Assembly (NCBI RefSeq): GCF_001194135.2
Contig: NC_069005.1
Coordinates: 7,771,256-7,835,255, forward strand
Length of the DNA: 64,000 bases
Origin: Octopus bimaculoides
Lineage: Eukaryota
Direction: 5' to 3'
Part shown: one piece after another, positions 63,090 to 64,000 of the stretch
Position numbering within the stretch: position 1 is the stretch's first letter
Layout of the letters: each line of letters starts with the position of its first letter
The notes under the pieces: generated by a model
Seen by the model: only the letters and a program-made list of their open reading frames with translations
What the model was told of the DNA's origin: nothing
Databases searched by the model: none
Made by a program: the position numbers and the translations under genes

Positions 63090-64000
63090 NNNNNNNNNNN
63101 NNNNNNNNNNNNNNNNNNNNNNNNNNNNNNNNNNNNNNNNNNNNNNNNNNNNNNNNNNNNNNNNNNNNNNNNNNNNNNNNNNNNNNNNNNNNNNNNNNNN
63201 NNNNNNNNNNNNNNNNNNNNNNNNNNNNNNNNNNNNNNNNNNNNNNNNNNNNNNNNNNNNNNNNNNNNNNNNNNNNNNNNNNNNNNNNNNNNNNNNNNNN
63301 NNNNNNNNNNNNNNNNNNNNNNNNNNNNNNNNNNGGGGGGGTTCTTCACCTGGGAAAATTTTGGCATTTATAAGTAGCCATTTTTCTTGTTCCCTGGTGA
63401 GAATGTGGTCAATCTGACTAGTGTGCCCACCAGACTGGTAGATGAACAGGTGACTGGCAGGTTTCCTCCATAATCAGCCCAAATATTCTACCTGTTTTAT
63501 GTTAAAATCAGCCAGATCCGGTCTCTCACACCTGCTTTTCAATATCTTTCTACAAATAAACTACATCATTGGAAATGTTAAAGCTATGAGATAATGCAAA
63601 ATCAATTCAAAACAACGTCAATAAATTAAGCATTGCATTTAATAAGAGTGATATGAATGTTAAAGGGTTTAATAACTTAGTGCCCATGTTGTACATGGCC
63701 TTCAAGATGGGTGGAGAGAAATTATTCTCAGACTGGTGATCTGGCTCAACTGCCTGGCAACCAAGTTGTACTCTGCTAAAGTCAGCCAAGGGCTAAGTGT
63801 TGGTGCTAAGCATGGCAGTGGTCTTTTATATATCATCATCATTTAACGTCTGCTTTCCATGCTAGCATGGGTTGGACGATTTGACTGAGGACTGGCAAGT
63901 GTCTTCAGCTATATCCTCGAGCCAACCAAGGCCTTGTGAGTNNNNNNNNNNTCGCTTGACAACCGATGCTGGTGTGTTTATGTCCCCGTCACTTAGCGGT

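Overview
AT-rich, repeat-dense animal genomic DNA from a draft assembly with 7 N-gaps. The SINE/LINE/MITE repertoire looks like an octopus (coleoid cephalopod) genome; this is inference from recalled repeat families. Two spliced genes lie in tandem on the minus strand. (1) RBMX2 (Snu17/Ist3-like RES-complex RRM protein): four coding exons at 52505-52347, 51288-51159, 50762-50573 and 48601-47361. They join in frame; the short first exon was not found. The last exon encodes a long Arg/Tyr heptad-repeat tail. (2) unkempt (CCCH zinc-finger RNA-binding protein): exons 1-3 at 31229-31174, 31060-30851 and 3726-3449, with a 27.1 kb second intron; the gene continues past the left edge. The rest is decayed transposon sequence: several tRNA/CORE-type and RTE-tail SINE families, RTE and RLE-type LINE fragments, Penelope-like remnants, two mariner fossils, piggyBac/hAT/Tc1-type MITEs, fold-back elements and microsatellites. 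The most unusual items are a retrozyme-like 336-bp unit carrying a type I hammerhead ribozyme core (44302-44690), the RBMX2 heptad tail, a PHD finger inside an RTE reverse transcriptase, and a compact CLEAR/E-box + CCAAT + E2F promoter with an overlapping Arg-rich uORF at unkempt. Repeat boundaries are approximate (read by eye); exon boundaries were checked base by base.
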